From: Squalus acanthias
Lineage: Eukaryota
Length of the DNA: 64,000 nucleotides
Assembly: GCA_030390025.1 (NCBI GenBank)
Contig: CM059432.1
Coordinates: forward strand, 96,722,001-96,786,000
Direction: 5' to 3'
Position 1 is the stretch's first letter. Every line of letters begins with the position of its first letter. The translations under genes were made by a program, and so were the position numbers. Below, piece by piece: positions 40,098-52,226 of this stretch. Under the pieces are notes generated by a model. The model was not told the DNA's origin. It ran no database searches and saw nothing but the letters and a program-made list of their open reading frames with translations.

Positions 40098-40407
40098 CAA
40101 GGCACAAGTAAGGAGTGTGATGGAATACTCTCCACTTGCCTGGATGAGTGCAGCTCCAACAACACTCAAGTAGCTCGACACCATCCAGGACAAAGTAACC
40201 TCCTTGATTGGCATCCTATCCACTACTTTAAACATTCACCCCTTCCACTGCCGGCACACCGTGGCTGCAGTGTTTACCATCTACAAGATGCACTGAAGCA
40301 ACTCGCCAAGGCTTCTTCGGCAGCACCTCCCAAACCTGCGTCCTCTACCACCTAGAAGGACAAGGGCAGTAGGCGCATGGGATCACCACCACCTCCAGGT
40401 TCCCCTC
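40098..40407 (+). mobile_element. 3' coding fragment of another LINE family
   Basis: Translates as KAQVRSVMEYSPLAWMSAAPTTLK*LDTIQDK...HRGCSVYH, a C-terminal LINE ORF2-like segment. Confidence 0.7.
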
Positions 40408-41709
40408 CATTCGGCCCGTCGAGCCCGTGCCGGCTCTCTGCAAGAGCACTTCAGGTAGTCCCGCTCCCCCGCCCTTTCCCTGTAGCCCTGCATTTTTTTT
40501 TCTTTCAGGTACTTATCTAATTTCCTTTTGAAAGCCACGGTTGAATCTGCCTCCACCACCCTTTCAGGCAGTGCATTCCAGATCCTAACCACTCGCTGCG
40601 TAAACAAGTATTTCCTCATGTTGCCTTTGGACCTTCTGCCAATCACCTTAAATCTGTGTCCTCTGGTTCTCGACTCTTCCGCCAATGGAAACAGTTTCTC
40701 TCTATCTACTCTGTCTCAACCTCTCATGATTTTGAACACCTCTATCAAATCTCCTCTCAATCTTCTTTGCTCTAAGGAGAACAACCCCAGCTTCTCCAGT
40801 CTATCCACATAACTGAAGTTCCTCATCCCTGGAACCATTCTTGTAAATCTTTTCTGCACCCTCTCTAAAACCTTCATATCCTTCCTAAAGTGCGCTGTCC
40901 AGAATTGGACACAATACTCCAGTTGTGGTCAAACGAGTGTTTTATAAAGGTTCATCATAACTTCCTTGCTTTTGTACTCTATGCCTCTATTTATAAAGCC
41001 CAGGATCCCATATACTTTTTTAACCGCTTTCTCAACCTGCCCTGCCACCTTCAAAGATTTGTGTACATGTACCCCCAGGTCTCTCTGTTCCTGCACCCCC
41101 TTTAGAATTGTACCCTTTAGTTTATATTGTCTCTCATCATTCTTCCTACCAAAATGTATCACTTCGCACTTTTTTGCATTAAACTTCATCTGTCATGTGT
41201 CCACCCATTCCACCAGCCTGCCTGAGTCCTCTGAAGTCTATTCCTATCCCCCTCACTGTTCACTATACTTCCAAGTTTTGTGTCATCTGCAAATTTTGAA
41301 ATAGTGCCCTGCACACCTAAGTCTAAATCATTAATATATATCAAAAATAGCAGTGGTCCGCGTACCGACCCCTGGGGAACACCACTGTATACCTTCCTCC
41401 AGTCCAAAAAACAACCGTTCACCACTACTCTGTTTCCTTTCACTTAGCCAATTTCGTATCCATGCTGCCAGTGTCCCCTTTATTCCATGGACTTCAACTT
41501 TACTGGCAAGCCTATTATGTGGCATTTTATCAAATGCCTTTTGAAAGTCCATGTACACTACGTCAACCGTATTGCCCTCATCAACCCTCTCTATTACCTC
41601 ATCAAAAAATTCAATCAAATTGGTTAAACACGATTTGCCTTTAACAAATCCATGCTGGCTTCCCTTAATTAGTCCACACTTGTCCAAGTGACTGTTAATT
41701 TTGTCCCTG
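40408..41709 (-). mobile_element. CR1 RT/3' fragment
   Basis: [31 protein letters not shown] and [10 protein letters not shown]. Confidence 0.92.
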
Positions 41710-42225
41710 TACTATTATCCAAAAACATTCTGAGCACTTTTATACCAATAACTACAAAAAAACAATGCCACAGCGGGTTAATTTGAGTGTAGGCAAGCAC
41801 AGCTATGGCAGCGAAGTATGGTAGCTATGCTTCATGCAAATTTCCTGCAGATTTTGTTGGTATATTAAAAATATATGACTTTTCTACGTCAGCAACCAAT
41901 ACTTTGATACAAATAGGCAGCCAAGGAGAACTTATTTTGTAATTCACTACTCAAGGAGTCCCAGAAGTTGTGAAATTATTTGATGGATTGTACTTTCTAT
42001 GCACTTTGAGTACTGGAACCCTTTGCCAACTTTCAAAATGTGTTCATTGATAGTTTTTCGTAGAATGCCTGCAAAATATTTTGCAAGTAGCTGTTGGTAC
42101 AGTTATCAGCTACTGAGCACTCTCACTGGCTCATATGGCAACATTTTCCAAGACCTCATGCCACTGGTGTATAGCATACGGCTGATCAGAATATGGCGCG
42201 TACACCCACATTTTTCTGGTAAGCT

Positions 42226-42605
42226 ACATAGAATTACATAGAATGTTACAGCACAGAAACAGGCTATTTTGCCTAACAAGTCTATGCCAGTGTTTATGCT
42301 TAATACGAGTCTCCTCATCTAACCCTATCAGCATATCCTTCTATTCCTTTGCCCCTCATGCTCTTAGCTAACTTCCCCTTAAATGCATCTATGCTATTTG
42401 CCTCAAGTACTCCATGTGGTAGCAAGTTCCACATTCTCACCACTCTCTGGGTAAAAAGAAGTTTCTCCTGAATTCCTTATTGGATTTATTTTTGACTATC
42501 TTAGATTTATGGCCCCTAGTTTTGGACTCCCCACAACTGGGAACATCTTCTCTACATCTACCCTACCGAATCGCTGACATAATTTTAAAGACCTCTATTA
42601 GGTTA
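42226..42605 (-). mobile_element. CR1 3' end fragment
   Basis: TACATAGAAT-repeat tail and 3' UTR similar to 5840-6250. Confidence 0.8.
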
Positions 42606-43062
42606 GCCCTCTACTTTAGAGGCCCTACTGGTTGCATGAGGTCTCAGAAGATTTTTGCCACATTATGGGCTGAATTTTGCCGGCGCTCAGAGGGCAGGTT
42701 CGGAGGCGGGTTCACTGTCAAAATGGCAGTGAATGAAAGCGGGGCGGAAGTCCGCTCTGAACCCGCCTCCTTGTTAATTTGCCAAGTGTCGGCTCTGCCT
42801 GCTGTTTGCAGACCCGGCACTAAGCGACGGGTCAGGCAATTGAGATACTTAAGAAGCTGCTTAAAGGTATTTAAGCAGCATTTTACCAGGTCCTAATGAT
42901 TTTTCCATGTTTTTTACGAGGTTCCCGGCGCTCAGGTAAGTGTATCGGGTTCTCAATGATTCTGCATTGCTGTGAATAGTTGACAGCTGCAAAAGTGGTA
43001 TAAAAGCTACCATTTCACAGCTGTTCAATTCCCAATCTTAGAGGTTGGAGCCTTCAGGATTT

Positions 43063-43955
43063 AAGAACATAAGAACATAAGAAATAGGAGCAGGAGTAGG
43101 CCAATCGGCCCTTCGAGCCTGCTCCGCCATTCAATAAGATCATGGCTGATCTGATCCTAACCTCAAATCTAAAGAACACAAGAAGTAGGAGCAGGACCTG
43201 GCCACTCAGCCCCTGGGCCCACAACGCCACCCACAGGGCCTCGACCGATCCGAACTCAGCCTCATGTCCAATTTCCTGCCTGCTCCCCGTAACCCCTAAT
43301 TCCCTTTACTTCTAGGAAATTGTCTATTTCTGTTTTAAATTTATTTAATGATGTAGCTTCCGCAGCTTCCTGGGGCAGCAAATTCCACAGACCTACTACC
43401 CTCTGAGTGAAGAAGTTTCTCCTCATCTCAGTTTTGAAAGAGCAGCCCCTTATTCTAAGATTATGCCCCCTAGTTCTAGTTTCACCCATCCTTGGGAACA
43501 TCCTTACCGCATCCACCCGATCAAGCCCCTTCACAATCTTATATGTTTCAATAAGATCGCCTCTCACTCTTCTGAACTCCAATGAGTAGAGTCCCAATCT
43601 ACTGAACCTCTCCTCATATGTCCACCCCCTCATCCCGGGGATTAACCGAGTGAACCTTCTTTGTACTGCCTCGAGAACAAGTATGTCTTTTCTTAAGTAT
43701 GGACACCAAAACTGTATGCAGTATTCCAGGTGTGGTCTCACCAATACCTTATATAACTGCAGCAATACCTCCCTGTTTTTATAACCTATCCCCCTAGCAA
43801 TAAAAGCCAACATTCCGTTGGCCTTCTTGATCACCTGCTGCACCTGCATACTAACTTTTTGATTTTCTTGCACTAGGACCCCCAGATCCCTTTGTACTGC
43901 AGTACTTTCCAGTTTCTCGCCATTAAGATAATAACTTGCTCTCTGATTTTTCCTA
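43063..43955 (-). mobile_element. CR1 3' fragment
   Basis: ORF 43262-43873 (LVRPHLEYCIQFWCPYLRKD...RNFFTQRVV); TAAGAACA-repeat tail. Confidence 0.92.
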
Positions 43956-44419
43956 TTTGGAATACACTTTTCAGCTTTATGGAGGTTGAAGTGTTTGGAG
44001 TAAACTCTCTATCCAGTGTCACCTCCTTGGAGCAACCTCTCTCACCATTGACAGTTCGCTTGTCATCTCAACTTCAGCTGCCATCTATTCCATCAGCATC
44101 GGTGCCCTTGAAAAAAATCTCACCTTGGTCCTCAGAATCCCACCACGATCAGCCCCAACACCAACATCACCAGGCACACCAGCATCACCAGGCACACCAG
44201 CAGCACCAACAACAGCACCAATCGTCTCCACAATCACCTGATACTGCACAGGACACAGGGCATCAACACCCAAGCACATTTCTGCTCGGGAGGCCAGGGA
44301 TGGCCTCACCATGGCCAGATTTACTGCACTTGATGCTGTACACCCTGGCTGCTACATGATGCGCCAGGTTGGCACCACCCCACACCAACACCATAAAGCA
44401 TTCCTACAATGCCCAAGCC

Positions 44420-45790
44420 CTAAGGTTTCCAAAATTTGCAGATCCCCAAAACCTAAGGAAAAAGGACTTTGGAACTACCTCAGAGTGATAAAAATGCATT
44501 TGGGCCTAACATAAGGAATTTAAGACCAAAAACCAAGTTTTGGCATTTTAAAAACATGTCTGGGCCTGTAAAGGGACAAGGAGGTGGGTTCGACCTCTGT
44601 AAAAGCAGTTTGGCTATTGCAGTTAATTACACTGTCTGGGGAACCGGGATGACCCCACTCAAGCCCCAGCAAACATTAACATTTGAACAATAGACCCTGG
44701 GAGAAGACAGTCCCACCCAAAGACAGGCCCCATCAAGACCGATTACAGGGCCCATCAGAAAACATGCATAACAAAACCCACTCAGGTCCATTTCTATAGA
44801 AAGACCAAGTCCAGCCTAGAAAACCAAACACAAAACCAATCAACTGTAATCAACCAAGAAGATCGACAGGACGTAAGCCATCCCAAAAAGCCATTTGACA
44901 CTTACAGAACAGTTACTGTTGACGAGGCCTCCAAAATTACAATGATAAGGAAGCTTCAAAAGGTATAATTAAAGGCCCTGTTCTCAACAGTTCTCCAGTA
45001 AAACAGTTCAAGTTCAACAGAAGGCAGTTCTGCAGTTTTGAGTTCAATTGAAAGCCTGTTTTCAGCAGAAGTCAGTGCTGGAGTTACAGAGTTCAGGAGA
45101 AGCAAGTTGGGCAGTTAAAGAAGACAGTTCAGTAAGAAGGCAGTTCTCCAGTTCTCCAGCACAACAGTTCAAGTTCAAGTTCTCCAGTAGAGTTACACAG
45201 CAGCAAGGAGTTCAACAAGCAGGCAGAAGGCAGTTTCCACAGTTCTGCAAGAAGGCAGTTCCACAGCTTGGAAGAAGACAGTTTAAACAGAGGCAGAATT
45301 CAACAGAAAGAAGTTCAACAAAGAAGGCCAACAGCTCCAGAAGTAGGCCGACATGCAAGAAGAGACCAAAGCGACCGCCTCAGTGACCATCGGACACCTC
45401 GCGGCAACAAGGGCCTTACAAAACATTTTTTACTCAAAAGACTCTAAACCCTAACTCTCAACTGTCAAGGATTCGTTTGGTGAGCATTATCCCTGGTTCT
45501 CAGAGTCCAACCTAGCTAGTGAAGTGGGATTGGGAGGGGTGAAGTATTCTTTTAATGTTATTTCCCTCGCTTGTACCGAAGTGTTCCCCACTTTTAGAGT
45601 GTTAAGAGTGTTTGTGTTGTGTTTTACTTTCTTAAATAAAGATCAAAGTTCTTGCATCAAACCCAGTTCTCTGCTGCACTTTTCATCACAACCCCCAAAT
45701 AAATCCAGGGTCTAGAACCAAGGGAGTGGGAGCAATTCGAACTGCTCAGAAGTCAGAGGTGAAGCTGACACAAAACCACCACCCCCTACA
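44420..45790 (+). mobile_element. Long solo LTR (1371 bp)
   Basis: 5-bp TSD AAGCC at 44415-44419 and 45791-45795; ends ...CCCTACA (the 5' TG is decayed); TATAAT near 44964 and AATAAA near 45635; absent from the sister copy near 2175. Confidence 0.78.
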
Positions 45791-46816
45791 AAGCCATTCC
45801 TTTCATACTCATCACCATTGCGGGGGTACCGTTATGTCTCACCATTCATTGCAACTCACTAAGCCACTTCCAAAGGTGCACACAGATCTGTCCAAGAAGG
45901 CAAAGTGTTGAAAATAAAGATTTCAATGTTTGACAACACATTAACAGAAACTTTACATGAACCCTTGTGTGTTGTTAGTTGGTATGATTGGACTAGGATG
46001 AGGGTGAGTATGAGGGGTGGCCAGTGAGATGGGGAAGTGATAATGTAGATAGAGAGGGATGGGTGGAGGTGCAAGGTAAGTTGGTGTGAGTAAGGATGTG
46101 CAGGAGTAGGGTAGGGAGGGCAGAATGATGGGATGTCATGAGTGGCACAGCAGGATGAGGCTGAGAATGGCTTTGCAGTAACATTTGATGATCTACTGAA
46201 ATCAATGAAAGGTTTACGCCACTGCAGCCAGGTCCTCCTGACCACATCCCTGCTTGTGCCCTCCTGTGCAATGTGCAACCAGGCTGCGTTGGTCTCCTGG
46301 GGAGGTCACTTCCACCCATTGGAAGAGAAGAGAACCTCTCTGCGTGCTGTGACTCCCTCCATAAGCATATGGAGGGAGTCATAGGAGAGCCTGGGTGCAG
46401 CCGTGCACCTTTGTGCAGTGCTTGTCAGTGTATGCAGCACCTCAATGCTGCAGAACACTGACAACAAAACTGTCAAAATGATTGTGGGTATGGTCCCTTT
46501 CAGGAAACCGGCTGATGATGCGTCATTAAATGACGTCATCAGACCCGCTTCCTATTAATTGGCCAGGAACCTCGCAAGGCGGGCTTAACAAGCCCTATCA
46601 ACGGAAAATCTTGTTGGAGGCCGGGATGGAGACAGATGCAGGGTCCCCACATGCCACGGACGTCGCCTGCCCTGGACCTGCCGAGGTTGAAAAAATCCAG
46701 CCCTATAAAACTCTTCTAGATCACCACTTTTCAATCTAATGCATATATTTTGTGAAAGGATTGTGAAAATCCTCCAATAGCCATTTTTTAAATTAATCTC
46801 ACATTCAAATGCTGTA

Positions 46817-47040
46817 TGTGATGCGGAGATGCCGGCATTGGACTGGGGTGGACAAAAATGAGAAGTCGCACAACACCAGGTTATAGTCCAACAGATTTAT
46901 TTAAAATTACAAGCTTTCGGAGCTGTCGCCCCTTCCTCAGGTAAAGTTACAAAACTTTACCTGAGGAAGGGGCGACAGCTCCGAAAGCTTGTAATTTTAA
47001 ATAAATCTGTTGGACTATAACCTGGTGTTGTGCGACTTCT
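46817..47040. mobile_element. Palindromic Penelope terminal-repeat-like insertion
   Basis: Perfect inverted repeat 46861-46948 / 46953-47040 with loop ACAA; direct repeat CAAATGCTGTA at 46806-46816 and 47041-47051. Confidence 0.8.
46957..46994 (+). ncRNA. Minimal type I hammerhead ribozyme motif (identical copy on the minus strand at 46907-46944)
   Basis: TTAC-CTGAGGA-A-GGGGC-GACA-GCTCC-GAAA-GC-TT-GTAA: stem I TTAC/GTAA, stem II GGGGC/GCTCC, palindromic AAGCTT in place of stem III. Confidence 0.72.
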
Positions 47041-47051
47041 CAAATGCTGTA

Positions 47052-47520
47052 GGAAGAGATGACTAGCTGAGATGTTCCGTCTTCTCTTTGATATTTTGGG
47101 CATATTCAGATTTGTCATCATCAATTCCACAAAGATACTTCACCAGCCTGTCTTGGCCAGTAATGATAAAAGGTCAGAACTGAACTGTTCAATCTATTTT
47201 TCTCTTTCAAAAATTCCTGGACCTGTTGTGCAGTTCTAGCATGTTCTGCCCTCTGGTTAATGCCTGTTAAATCATTACCCAGTGATTGATATGATCCTGT
47301 GGCAAAGATGGTTCAGGGCAGTTGTAACCTTCACAGTCAGAGCCAGATCTGTTTTGATCATGGAGGAGACTCGAAATATTCCGCTATCATCTGATCAAGT
47401 TCAGTAATTGCCTTCCTACAGAATTTCAACTTCTTTTCACAATGCTCCTCCACCAGTCTAAGGTAAAACATTCTCGGGTAAATTCTCTGCAGAAGCTTCA
47501 GATCTGGCAGAGCCTCCAGT
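47052..47520 (-). pseudogene. Old, highly diverged Harbinger transposase remnant
   Basis: Minus-strand YPRMFYLRLVEEHCEKKLKFCRKAITELDQM and ALTVKVTTALNH/FATGSYQ align by eye with SEEQCLRRLRFSKEVVTELC and AVKVTVALNFYATGSFQ. Confidence 0.6.
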
Positions 47521-47818
47521 CAGTGATCGCATTACTTGCTCAAATCAGGCTACTTACTGGCCTCAGCGCATTGAAATAATTATTCTGAACTCCTTGCAAG
47601 GATTGTGCCTTGCACAGGGAATTTGTCTAATTGATAGTTGGGAAATCTCTTGGCATGAAGGCCTGCAACTCAAATTTAAAGCGATATTGGAAAAAATGCC
47701 GAGCTTTTATAAAGTCTTTTTGTGGGATGAGTGTATTTGCATTGGGGCAGGGAGGTGGGCACTTGGGGTGATTCTTACATCAGAACATTGTGCTGGTGGC
47801 GGGAGGTCTGTAAACTTA

Positions 47819-50800
47819 GGGCTGGATTTTGTCAGTGTGGGCGGGCTGGGGCGTGTCAGGTGGAAATTGTGTCAGGACCCCGACTCCTAAGTGATGTGTT
47901 GAAAAGGTGGGATTTTCCCCTAATTGGGCAATTGATTTCCTGCGTGTGGAAACCCCTGGCCCAATGAGTCTTTTCATACAGAAAGTCGCCTCCGATGACG
48001 TCATCAATGCTGTTGGATTTAAGGTCTGCAAGCAGCCTTGATTCTTCTGGAGACTGCAAAGGCTCTGCAAATTGTATGAAGGATTTGAATTGTGGAAAAT
48101 GTCAACAATCAAGCAAAAGTGTGCTCATCGGTTTGTTGAGCCCTCCCTCCAAGCTCTGGTGCACGGAGCCAGATGTAATAAGGAGGTGCTGTTCCCTTCC
48201 TCAGAGAGAAAAAAACCACCCCAGCAGACAAAAGCTGTGTGGCTACAAGTAGCCCAGGAGGTCCACTCCATTTCACTGAGCCGCAAAACCTGGCTGCAAT
48301 GCAGGAAAAGGTTTTAATGACCTTCTCCGCACAGGAAAAGTGAGTATGACTTTCCCATCACCCTCAATCTGATCCCCATTGCCTCTCCTCACCAGCACAC
48401 TGCTTTGCCAACCTCTTCCTCCACATGCCACTTGACACTTACATCCCTGCACCCTTACCCATTCCCTCTCTCTCTATGGTTACATTAACTAAACTATTCG
48501 ACCATGCAGCCCTCACACTTCCTATCACTGTGATCCCATGACAACAACAACTTTCAACCTTCTAAGCATCTATGCTATCGATTCTCTACACTCACTCCTT
48601 CATTCTCACTCAAACTCCACTTGTGTCCCTCATTGCAGGAAAAGAGAGCCCACAATAAGAGAGAAAGAGCCATGACAGGAGGAGGGCCACCCTCAGTAGC
48701 CCAGCTCACCCCCTGGGAGGAGGCGGCCCTGGAAATTGCTGGGATTGAGGAGGATATCCAAGTGGGGGGCGGACAGACAGGCGCATCACAACAAGCTGGT
48801 GACAGAATAGTTTGGAATCTCTCTCATTGACATAGCATGAGTCACTGATAATGATTCTGATGCTCTAACAGATTGACTTATGATCATCTGCAATATTCAA
48901 TGTGCATGTAATCTTGGCCTCACATCTCTAACTCTTTCCTTTAGTCCCCCACAGGACCATCGAAAGCCCCCGTCCCCACTATCCAGGAGGAACAGCCTGA
49001 GCCTCCAGACTTCTCAGAGGGAGCTGCAACCTCTGAGGGCACAGCGTCAGCAGAATTCAGCGCACCCAGAACCAGCGCAGACACTCACACCTCGGTGGGA
49101 CCTTCGTGAGATAGAGTAGTGTTGTCACCTGGTGTATCACAGCTCACAAGTGAGCATCAGCAGATGGTGGAGACAGGGACAGCAGTGGAGAGTCCTCGTC
49201 GGAGGTCGCAGGACTCTGCCAGCTCGGCTCCGCTGCATGTCGACCCTGTGCCTCCGGGTCCATCCAGAAGGAGAGCGGTGCTGGAACTCCAGGAACAGGT
49301 GCAGGATTCTCTGGCAGGTTTTGTCTCCAGGGTGGCTGCGAGTGTGGAGCAAATGGAGGAGTCCATCGCGAACATGAGCAGAGCCTTTGTGGAGGCATTG
49401 GTGCATGAACGCGTCACCGCAGAAAGAATGGCAACCTACGTGGAAAAGATGGCCACCTCCATGGTAAGGCTGGCTACCGTAGAGGAGAGGATGGCTATGG
49501 TAGAGGAGAGGATAGCTACGGTAGAGGAGAGGATATCTATATCCATGGAGGAGCTTAGTCGCCAGGCTATTGAAAACATGGTCATTGTTCAGAATAGAAT
49601 GACATCTCTTGAGGAGCAATGGTCAGCTATTGAGCAAACAAACCAGACCTTCATGCAAGTTCTCTGGAGTAGGACTTCCACTGCAGAAACGGGTCCTCAT
49701 GGCCCCCCTGCAGTGCAGCAAGGTGCTGTCAAGCCACTTGCTAGCTCTGAAGTGGGGCTGCCCCATGAGAGGGATGTTGGTGGCAGACAACAAGGAAGTG
49801 GGGGCTCTTCTCCAAGCGCTCACATGACCATGCCATAGCAAAGCCCTCGGTCAGAGCCCCACCGGAGTCCTCACCCAACTGAGATGGGCGTCTCAGCCCC
49901 TGTACAGCTGCAGGAGCAGTAGACTGTTGGCGAGCCCGCACAGGTTCGCCACCCCAGAGGACGCCCGCCAAAGGCGTCGAGACAGGAGCAGCAAGAGAGT
50001 GAGCAAGGGGCCTCCACATCTGCTGAAGCCACAGGGGAAGCACCACGTAGGAGCACGCGTAAGAGGAAGATAAAGCACAAGTAGTCACAAGGGTAGTCAC
50101 TTGGGTGCTGTGTTGTTTTGTTTTTGGACCAGCCATCATTGTGATTGTATTATAAAGTGTTTTGATGGCAAACTGTTGAAGTTGTGGCCTGTGTCATTTC
50201 GCAAATGGGACTTTCACATTGAGGGCTTAGGGTGCCTTGCGATTGTCAGAATGGTGGTCAGAGTGATAGGATTCCACAGGTTCTTCTCCATCGTCGATGC
50301 TCTGGTAAGAAGGATCGAGACTAAAGTGTTTGATTGTGCAGGCTAAGCAAATCTGGCCAGGATGAGTGCGTCCCTTGCATCCCGGGCAGCAATGTTGTCG
50401 CGCGCTAGCGCCTTCTGGCCTGTGCATCTTCAGATGGGTGACTAGCAGCTTGGCGCTCCTGTTGATGCTCCTGCTGTTGGTGCTGCTGTTGCTCATGCTT
50501 CTGCTGCTGCCGCGGCTGGTCTGCGTCCGAATCTGATGTCCAGGAGGAAAGGAATTAAATGTTCGCCATGCTTCTGGAATATACCTCAGTTGAGGAAGTG
50601 CTTAGTCAAGGTGGGGAGAGGGGTTTCCCAGGAGGTCACACTGGAGATAGGTGTCAGGCTCCAAACTTCCACAACACTGAGTATGCCTGCTAAAAGTTCC
50701 CCCAGACCTGAAACAACAAAGTTCTGCCACCTGCAAATGATCATTGGTGAAAACTCCTTTGTAATGGTGGAGCTGCAGCTGTGAGTAAGCAATCCACTTG

Positions 50801-51099
50801 TGAGGCCGCCAGCATTACCTGGCGTGTTCCAGAGGAGGCGTGAAGGATGGGAGGAATGACTAAAAATCGGAAAGGCCTCTCAAAATGGGATTATAGAGGC
50901 TATTAAGTGGTTGTTAAGGGCCTTAAGGGCCTATCCTGCCTCTTGGAGGCGGGATGGAAAGGGGGTCAGAAAACACGCATTTGGGAAAATTGCTCGGAGG
51001 CGGGATGGAGGCGGGATTGGGCCCGCACACCATTTTTGGCAATTTTAACAACTCACACGCCTCCAATCCCGCCTCCGCGGGCCTGGCAAAATCAAGCCC
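47819..51099 (+). mobile_element. Non-autonomous Harbinger family B, second copy
   Basis: TIRs GGGCTGGATTTTG / CAAAATCAAGCCC, flanks TTA/ATA; collinear with 6253-9483. Confidence 0.9.
48099..50084 (+). pseudogene. Harbinger Myb/SANT-like gene (exons 48099-48339, 48639-48798, 48955-50084) with lesions
   Basis: AHRFVEPSLQALVHGARCNKEVLF...RKTWLQCRKRF; 1-nt frameshift near 48315; stops near 49106, 49836 and 49920; heptad repeats in exon 3. Confidence 0.85.
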
Positions 51100-51161
51100 A
51101 TAATGTTCAATCCTTTTTTCTCTTTGGGCCACTGGATTCTGCCCTGATTTACCAACATTTA

Positions 51162-51935
51162 GGGCTGGATTTTGAATGACCCATGGAGTCGGGTTTGGAG
51201 GCGTGTGGGGTGTTAAATTTGCAGGGTCGGTGGTCCCGACCCCATCCCGACTCTATCCCGCCTCCACGCAATTTTGACGAAATCAGTCGCGGGGTTCCCG
51301 ACTCCGTCCCATCTCCAAGAGGCGGGAGAGGTCATTAAAGGCCTTAACAAGCCTTAAATTGGCTCTGTAATACCATTTTGAAACGTTTTAGCTAGTTTAA
51401 CCCTTTTCCGATGTGAAGTACACCTGATGTGAAACACTCCAGTGAAACCTGGCGGGAGCACAAGTGGATAGCTGACTATCAGCTGCAGGTCCACTATTAC
51501 AACAGAGATGTGATGAAGGTAGTAGTAGTATTAGGTGTGAAAGTCGTCTCTGATGCTGCTGCATTGAATGTCTTCAGAGACTGCATGGCATTTGCTGTGA
51601 GAGGACTTGGATGGAAAAAAATTCTCTCTCTCTCTCTCTCTTTCTCTCTCTTCTCTCTCTCTTATTCATATATCCAGGTCCACTCAAAGCCAGGCAGGTC
51701 CTCTCTCACCAACAGCCGGACAGTCCCTGAGACCAGGCAGTCAGCAATGATGACATCATCAGAGGCGACTTTCAGACTGAAACCACTAATTGGTTCATGG
51801 GTTCCCACATGCGAGAACTCAATTGCCCAATTAAGTGAAAATTGCATCATTCATCCACATTAATCTGGAGTCGGGGGGGGAACACGAAATGCGGATCACA
51901 CGACCCCAACCCGACCCCAAGACAAAATCCAGCCC
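51162..51935 (-). mobile_element. Family B MITE (774 bp), inverted
   Basis: TIRs GGGCTGGATTTTG / CAAAATCCAGCCC, TSD TTA; ends match both termini of 6253-9483. Confidence 0.88.
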
Positions 51936-52190
51936 TTAATGTTTTCATTTCAGTCCTGACTTACTTCCAACTGCCTCAGTTATTTACAAGTTCTTTGTCT
52001 CTCATGTCTTTAATTTCCTTTTTAAGCTTCTTCCCATCATCTTGTGTAAATATCATATAGTCATCTGCTGTTTTTCTTTAAGCACTTTACAAGCTATCCT
52101 ACCCACACTTCCTCTCTCGTGTGTGCTTTTCCTCCTCCACCTTCCTTTTGTTCTGATCCTATTTAAAAGCTGTTCAATTTCCATTTTTTC

Positions 52191-52226
52191 AATTCTGATG
52201 AAAGATTACACCTGAAATGTTGACTT
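52191..52226 (+). ncRNA. Degenerate hammerhead motif in a Penelope 3'-end remnant
   Basis: CTGATGA-AAGATTACACCT-GAAA-TGTT followed by a tail resembling the reverse complement of 12496-12560. Confidence 0.45.

Larger units (their letters stand above)
42667..46703 (-). mobile_element. Non-autonomous Harbinger family B2, second copy, carrying a nested CR1 and a solo LTR
   Basis: TIRs GGGCTGAATTTT / AAAATCCAGCCC, TSD TAT; reverse-complement homolog of 1237-3007. Confidence 0.85.

Noticed and set aside
41850..42225. Possible plus-strand exon ending at GTAAGC
   Set aside because: No recognisable protein; the donor-like site abuts a CR1 tail and may be chance.
45048..45386. Q/S/R-rich 112-aa ORF
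   Set aside because: Arises from the repetitive interior of the solo LTR.
47819..51935. Composite transposon flanked by TTA on both sides
   Set aside because: TTA is a common Harbinger target and the inner MITE has its own TTA/TTA pair, so independent insertions explain it; not fully excluded.
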